Of a stretch of 64,000 nt of DNA, positions 56,289-64,000 are shown piece by piece (positions within the stretch are counted from its first letter, which is position 1; the number at the start of each line of letters is the position of its first letter). Location: the NCBI RefSeq assembly GCF_009914755.1, contig NC_060928.1. One strand, given 5' to 3'. This stretch comes from the human T2T-CHM13v2.0 reference genome, Homo sapiens. The notes under the pieces are model-generated. The model saw nothing but the letters and a program-made list of their open reading frames with translations. It ran no database searches and was not told where the DNA came from. Position numbers and translations under genes: made by a program.

Positions 56289-57240
56289 GTTATCTATACT
56301 CTGTGAAGTACTCTTGAACATGAAAGCCTCTGAGTGTTAACTGACACTTTCATTTTGAATTGGAGGGTCTCTATAAATTACCAACAGTTTTTAAATGTCA
56401 TATTGTACTCCTTACTTTTTTCTTTAATTTTCCTTACTTCCAAAGGAAATATAGTGTGATTACACAGACAAGATTGCTTCTATCAAGAACAATACACATG
56501 AAATGCAATCCCCAGAACTATACCTGCTTAATATGACTTTAGTTCAGAAGATGAGATTGCTACAGAATTCCAGAATTCAGGTTTATAGTTCCTCATTTTA
56601 TGTACTCTTCTTAAATCTTTCCCCATGCATGAATTAAACTCACAGACTTTTCACTGAAAACAATCTTACTTTTTTTAACAAGTGCAAAATATAGTCCTTG
56701 AATTTTTGTCTATATTTATCAATTAACTGCCCTAGAAAAATGCAGCAGAAGAGAGTAGAAGAGAGGTGAGGACAAGAATGTCCTATTCATCAGGGAAAAG
56801 TATCAGGTACTTCATGTCATCTAAGTAGTGTGGATAGAAAATTACCTGGGTTAGGAAATGGAGAAATCACAGAAGTCTGAGTTAATCTAAGAGAGTTCAT
56901 GAAGAAGTTGAGAGTTAACTGAACTTTAAAGGAAAAGTCCAATTAGGTAAGTCCAGAGCAGGGTAGAGTGCATCATAAGCTGGAAAGTTGAGAAAAGGTG
57001 TGGAAGAGGGAGCTGTCTTATTTGTCAAACTAATTTGCCAGGAACGAAGATTTGCTTTAGGGATAAATTTATAAAGATAGATGGGCACTATTATGTAGAG
57101 GATTAGAACTACTAAGAACCTTGGATTTGATGAGAATTTTTAAAAGAAAACTCTCAAACTAAGATTTAGCCAATCTTCAAATTTTAAAAAGCTATAATTA
57201 ATAATATAGTAAGTTCAAATTTGCGTAACTTTTAAGCTAG

Positions 57241-57589
57241 TGATAGAGTTTGGCTTTGTGTCTCCACCCAAATCTCATCTTGAATTGTAATCCCATAATC
57301 CTCATGTGTCATGGGAGGGACGTAATAGAATGACTGGGGCAGTTTCCTCATGCTGTTCTCATGACAGTGAGTGAGTTCTCATGAGATCTGATGGTTTTAT
57401 AAGTGTCTGGCATTTCCCCTACTGGCGCTCATTCTCTCTCCTGCCACCCCATGAAGAGGTGCCTTCTGCCATGATTGTAAGTTTCCTGAGGCCTCCTCAG
57501 CCCCACTGTGAGTCAATTAAACCTCTCTTCTTAATAAATTATCCAGTCTTTGATATTTCTTCATAGCAGAGTGAGAATGGACTAATACA
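57241..57589 (+). mobile_element. THE1D-like MaLR solo LTR
   Basis: tgatagagtttggctttgtgtc...gtctggcatttcccct...ctgtgagtcaattaaacctc...ggactaataca. Confidence 0.88.
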
Positions 57590-58009
57590 AATCTCATTTG
57601 AAAATATTAGCAAAATTACACCATATATATGTACAAATTTAAAAGTTAAGTAATGACCTGAGATGCGTCAGTGAACAAACACAAAAAAATCTAATTTGGG
57701 TACCTAAAATAAGCTATATTAATAGCCAATTGTTAGAAATCTGACTTCTTTTATGTTCAGTTATTGAGGTCAAATTTCTGAACACATAAATATGTGGTCT
57801 AAATTGACTTTTTAAAAATACTTAAATTTAATGAAAATAATAAATGGGATATTTTCCCTCTTTTATGCCACATGCTGGTTTGATTGGATTTTTATATCAC
57901 CACCAGATGTTTTAAAGTAATTTGACAAAAACTTTGTCTTATAAACCTAGAAGCCATGACATTTAAATGTCACAAATATTTGCTACAGAGGTCTTCATTT
58001 TCAAAATGT

Positions 58010-58165
58010 TAGATCAAAATACTAAAAAGAAGTATACCAAAATATTAATAGTGGATGTTTTTGAGTGTAAAGTAATGGGTAATATTTCTTCTTCTGTATA
58101 TGTTGTACTTTCCAAATCACCTATAATAAACATGAATTCTTATTATAGTAAACAGTAAAATAAAA
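58010..58165 (+). mobile_element. L1ME 3'-terminal fragment
   Basis: accaaaatattaatagtgg...ttccaaatcacctataataaacatg. Confidence 0.5.
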
Positions 58166-58446
58166 CAAATGCTAATTAACAGTACTTATTGTACTATTTG
58201 GAATAATTCAGCATCACATGATAGAAAATGCAAAATAACAATGGCTCAAACAAGACAAATGCTTATGTTTAGATGAATACCCTTCAGGAACCTGGATCTC
58301 TTTCAGCTCAAGGATTTATCATCTTGAAAATGACACTCCAACTTCTTGATTCAGTAAGGCTGTAGCAGAATTCTAAGCAACAAGATGAAAGAAAACATGA
58401 AAAAAGAAAAAGGGCAAAGAGTATGTGCCAGCTGCCTCTGAAGGAC

Positions 58447-59098
58447 TGTATTAGTGCCACGTAACAAATTGCCACAAACTTAGCAACTTAGACAACAGAC
58501 ATTTATTATCTCATAGTTTCCCTAGGTCAGAAGTACAAAAACAGCTTAGCTAGTTACTATGCTTAGGGTTTCATGATGTTGCTATCATGGTGTTGACTGG
58601 GCTGCATTACAATCTGGGGTTTTGACTGAGGAAGAATCCATTTCCAAGCTTACTCAAGTTGCTATCAGAATTTATTTTTTGTGGCTGTGGGACTGAGGGC
58701 TTCAGGTTCTTGCTGGCTGTTGGCTGGAGGCTTCCCTGATATCCTAGAGTTCACAATTCCTAGAGGCTATCCATTATTTATTAAGGCCTCTTGCAGTTTC
58801 TTGCCACATGAGCTTTCCCAATGTGGCCATTTGCTTCATTAAGCCAGAAAGGAGAGCCTCTAGAGTTAGTCTGGTAGCAAGATGAAGTCTTATGTAACAT
58901 AACATAACATAACATAACATAACATAACATAACATAACATAACATAACATAACGAGTGAAATTCCATCACATTTGTCATATTCTATTAGTTATAAATAAG
59001 TCACAGGTCCTGTCAACACTCCAGGGGAGGGTATTTTACAAGTACTGAACAGCAAGGGGTGGGTACCATGGGGGCTTCTCCAGTGTCTGTCTGTCACA
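58447..59098 (-). mobile_element. MLT1E-like LTR (nested)
   Basis: tgtattag...gtaacaaattgccacaaacttag...gaagaatccatttccaagct...gctggctgttggctggagg...ctgtcaca. Confidence 0.75.
58896..58953. repeat. Perfect (AACAT)11 pentanucleotide microsatellite
   Basis: 11 uninterrupted aacat units plus aac. Confidence 0.97.
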
Positions 59099-59639
59099 AG
59101 ACAGTTCCCAGAAACAATAGCACAATCCTTCCTCTATAACCCATTGGCTAGAGCTGAGCCATACCTTGTTGGAAAATGTAGTCTTTCTTTCTGCATGGTT
59201 ACGTGTCCTGTTACAGATGCTATTATTGTAGAGGAAGGGAAGACTAAATATTGAAAGACAACTAACAGACTGCCTTCCAATCAGAGATCTTCCAATCAGA
59301 AATTTTGTAGCAATTAGGTGAGATGAACACAACAGCACCTGGTAATCTCAGAGGTGGTCAAATGATGTCCTATGATTGTAGCTACTAAATTTACTACTAG
59401 ATTTAGCATTATTAATAGAATAGAAACTAAATTTCCTTAAAAAAGAAAAGGGTTTGAATAGAAAATTATGTTCACTTCATTTTTACACTAAAATGTAAGT
59501 CTTAGGTAAGACGATTATATCTTATCTTATAGTTAATAGTTTCATTCTTATAAATATGACCAATCTGATAATCCCATATTTTAAAAAATATCATTTATCT
59601 ACATATCTGTGTGCCAATTTCATAGCATTTTCTCACATG

Positions 59640-59790
59640 TTTTATTCTCAATTCATTCCTCTGATGGGTCCATTGTTCTCATTTACTAGGTGAGGTGAAG
59701 CAATCAGCCCAAAGTTAAGTAAGTGGCAAGTAGCATAGCCAGAGCTGGGCCCCAGGTCATGTAGCTCTACATAGATTCCATTAAACTATG
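59640..59790 (-). mobile_element. MIR fragment
   Basis: ctcatttactaggtgagg...gcccaaagttaagtaagtggc...agagctggg. Confidence 0.5.
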
Positions 59791-60141
59791 TTGTCGAGAA
59801 ATTGATTTCATTGAAGAATAAAAATGTGAATATATTAAGCATTTGGACAAATATTTGATGTTGGTCACACTCCAGAAATGTGGCAATATCCAGATAATTG
59901 ATGACTTTGCATTTCATCTCTCTCTCTCTGCTTGCTGTGCTTGATGTAGCCCCAACCAAAAAAAAAAAAAAAAAACTGTTGCCCCCCTAGCATAGATAGG
60001 TATAAATAAAAAATAATTCTATTACCACCCCAAATCCTTTAACCCAGTTTAAATTTGTTTTCTTCTGCTGTAAGTACAAAGCTATTACAAGTTTTAGAAC
60101 TCTAGAGTGTCTCTGCTAACCTTATGCTCCTGCCCTGATCA

Positions 60142-60205
60142 ATAATAGAGTCTAAATTTGTAACTTACATATAATAAAGTCTAAATTCATAACTTATATA
60201 TAATA
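60142..60205. repeat. 29-bp tandem duplication
   Basis: ataatagagtctaaatttgtaacttacat followed by ataataaagtctaaattcataacttatat. Confidence 0.85.
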
Positions 60206-61546
60206 CCATAGGCACAAATTACTAGTAGAATCTTTCAAAGATTAATTCTTAAATATACTTTACCTAAAGGGCTTAAGGAAAATAAAATTTCAAGAATTGA
60301 ATTCATTTGGCCAATCAATATTATTTACCTTTACCTTTTCCAGTGGGCTGAACTGTATCATGGGAAAGCAATATTAAATGATTATGGTTCCCAATAATTA
60401 AAATGAGACTTTGTAGAAAAATATTTTGTGCTTGACCATTAATTCTTGTAATTTCATTTCATTTAGGTGTTTGAGTGCTTGAGCTCAAGTGTGAGTTTTT
60501 CTTATGTTCCAGAATGCAAAAGATGTAGTGCAACACTTCAATTTAGCGCTGTGTGAACAGCGTCTCCATTGTCTATTTCTTCTGTTACTACTAAGGGTAC
60601 TTGTTTGTGTGTTTGAGGGAGAAAAACCATATGCACAGACTGTTCCATTTTCCAATTAAATTTTCGTGTTTTATACTCACAGTACTCTAATTCTAATTCA
60701 AATGTTTGGTGGAGAATTCAGTCAAAAAGCCTCAAGCCTAACAATATTGGATTTGTCAATTCATAATGTACAGGGCATCTCAGTTTTCTTTGTTATTTCT
60801 CTTTTTTCTAACAACTTATCATATCACTTTTTCAAAAACATACTTTCAAAGGAGCTAAACTAAGTTAATTCATACAACTCCTACTTCTTGAATATGTATT
60901 TTCTTCAACCTCCTGAAATCCAAGGATGGGATATAATGGAAATACATCATTGTAATATGGTAGAGAAAATATTCTGGAGTGTTTATGAAGCCTGTTTTCA
61001 GACAAAATGAGAGAGAAATCATCCATTTTATTCTCACAATAAATCTCTCTTGAACTACATGGCATAAGGCCAAGCTATAAAATGATGTTTTAATGTTGCA
61101 AACTAGATCAAAGAAACACCTTAATGATATTTGGTCCTGCCTGAATATTACAAGATAGCTTTGAAGAGTCAAAGTGTTCTGCAATCTGATGATTGCTTCT
61201 ATTTCTCCAATAAGATGGAACAAAATGACAATAATTTCAATAGTTTATGCTAAACTTATAGGTATGAATATGTTTTTAACTACCAAAGAGTCATCACCCA
61301 AGGCTTGTAATTAACTACATACCTATGATCAGCACATAAGAGTTTAAAATAGCCTCATGTAGGGAAAATAACTATTCTTGAGGAAAACGCATTCAGAATT
61401 TAAACAGAAAACAATGTGTAGAGGTAATTTTTGGCTTAGAATTTTTTTTTTATTAAGACAGGATAAAATAAGGTTATTTCCTTCAGCAGGGACAGTGTAA
61501 AACACTACCTATTCTACTAAGAAAATAATTTCTTTCTCTTCTTTAG

Positions 61547-61635
61547 TGTGTTTTAAATGATCATTGATGTGCAAGGCAGTGCCCCTGGAGCAGGGAGAAA
61601 CACAAAATGAATCAGTAACAGAGGCAGCACTCGAG
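61547..61635 (+). other. Candidate spliced exon (89 nt), probably non-coding or UTR
   Basis: Branch-like tactaag 61515, tttctttctcttctttag acceptor, GAG|GTAAGA donor; stops in all three frames near its 5' end. Confidence 0.4.
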
Positions 61636-61909
61636 GTAAGAGTCTGGCATTCATTCTCCCATTTCCAAATTTTGCTATTTTTACCGTGACAAAGGCTGTA
61701 TATTTTTGAATAAGTCATTTTATTTTCTTTGGTAGTTTGCCTAATTGATTATATGAAAAACTAATTAGAATACTGAATTTACTGTATATTTACCATGATA
61801 ACTATAAAAGCAGAAAATTAGCTTTGAAAATCAAATAACATATTTAGTAACACACATTCATTTTTATAAACACACATAAAGACACCGGGTTCTCAGTAAT
61901 GCTCTAGTC

Positions 61910-62096
61910 CAGGGGTTCTCAAAGTATGGCTTCAGACAAGCCCCATTTGCATCACCTAGGAAATTGCTAAAATGCAGATTCTCAGGCCCTACCTACTGAT
62001 CTACTGAATCAGAAACTCTGAGGGTGAGACCAAGCAACCTGTGATTTCATAAGCCCTATAGCGATATTAAGGCACACTAAAGTTTGAGAATCACTG
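61910..62096. mobile_element. MER5A (hAT-Charlie MITE)
   Basis: caggggttctcaaagt ... agtttgagaatcactg; aatgcagattctcaggccc; 8-bp TSD ctctagtc/ctctaatc. Confidence 0.9.
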
Positions 62097-62821
62097 CTCT
62101 AATCTAGTATACTAAGCTTTAAAGTGGTGTTTCATAAAAATAAGATGAGACTTTAATACTACTAATTCAGCCTTCATTACTTTTCACAGGAAATGTCTGC
62201 AAGGACACTTAGAAGCAGGTGAAATTTATCTTTTTGTGGCTTTAGGGCAGCCAGAAAGGGGCATACCATCTCCTTCCTCCTTCCTCCTTCCTCCCAACCA
62301 ATCATTTTGCTGAGATTTTTGGTTTTGATGTGTTTTCACTTTGCCACCTCTTGAGACAATCAAAGTTGGAGTACATTTCCTTGGGCTGAGTTAGCAGTTC
62401 CTAGCTAGAATACGATTTCTATTAAATCTTCACCCTATTACCTTTAAGCAGCTTAACAGTGTCATTAATTACTATAAAGTCCAGGCTGAAGATTTTTAAA
62501 GAAATTGTAATCTTATAGCTTATTAGCTGTTTCAGGTTAGAAATACTAACATGTCCTATATAAATACTTGTACTTTTTAATATTTGTCATAATAGAATAA
62601 TATATGGCTTTAAACTAGACATTGAAAAATAGAAGAGACCTCTGGAAATTGAAATTAGTTTCCCAAAAGTCTTTTATAATCAGCACCCTCCACATAGAAG
62701 CATTTAGATAAAGGACAAAAAACCATCAAAAGATATAAATAATTTTTAACTTATATAAAGCATAAGTTATTAAATCTCTACATCACCATGAGTTGCTATT
62801 CAATGCCTTTGGCCTCAGTGA

Positions 62822-63242
<421 letters not shown>

Positions 63243-63488
63243 TAATTTACAAGCAGATGCTTCCTTTTGTGTCTGAAGCTGGGATGCTAATAAAAATATT
63301 TCATATTGTTTCAAGGCTTCTCAGAGTTTAGCAATAGTTGAGCCTCTTCCATTTTTTGAGATTCTCAGTATTTATGTAAATAGTAATAACAGAAATGCCA
63401 AAGGTGGTTACAAAAACTGTAGTATATCCCAAAAGGTTAAACTAAACATAATCAATTGATCCTATTAAAAAAATATTGCACAAGTTCA

Positions 63489-63835
<347 letters not shown>

Positions 63836-64000
63836 TCATTTGGAGATGACTCTATTTGAAGTGCTTCACAAATGTCTGGCCCTGAATCAGATGGCCTTCT
63901 CCACCTCTACTTGGGCACTGCCACAGTGTTAGACTAAATAGGAATACCTCTCTGGAGGAAAATTTTTCGCTGGCCTTAATGTCCCTGGGTTAGGAACAGA

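Larger units (their letters stand above)
58190..59280 (-). mobile_element. Old MLT1 (I/J-like) LTR split by a nested MLT1E-like LTR
   Basis: aaataacaatggctcaaacaagaca left of the insert; cccattggctagagctgagcc...ggaaaatgtagtctt right of it. Confidence 0.55.

Noticed and set aside
60865-61223. Overlapping 117-aa and 66-aa - strand ORFs, possible processed pseudogene
   Set aside because: No recognisable parent gene, poly(A) tail or TSD.

Overview
Primate (human-like) AT-rich, CpG-depleted, non-coding genomic DNA, apparently intergenic or deep in a non-coding transcript; the locus could not be identified from sequence alone. I can support no protein-coding gene, tRNA/rRNA, CpG island or CRISPR array: the ORF track is explained by decayed L1 ORF2 fragments, Alu/LTR-derived frames and chance ORFs. 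Roughly half the window is recognisable transposon relics: ~11 Alus (most with readable target-site duplications), a near-full-length L1PA15/16-type element (10058-15590), an internally deleted L1PB1 (22535-25942), older L1M/HAL1/L2/MIR fragments, ~18 solo or partial LTRs (MLT1, MST, THE1, LTR16C, LTR47, MER21, MER110-like) and DNA-transposon MITEs (MER20, MER44A, Tigger2a, MER1B, MER103C, Arthur1-like, MER102, MER119, MER5). Subfamily names come from recalled consensus features, not a RepeatMasker run. I found no evidence of a new multi-gene system. The best leads are a RUNX/ETS:RUNX-rich enhancer candidate (~16.5-17.0 kb), a + strand exon pair with a 33-aa micro-ORF (61.5-62.2 kb), a CpG-retaining - strand exon candidate (53.8-54.1 kb), a THE1 LTR with an intact DUX4 motif, a 96-bp minisatellite, and several fold-back/templated-insertion scars.
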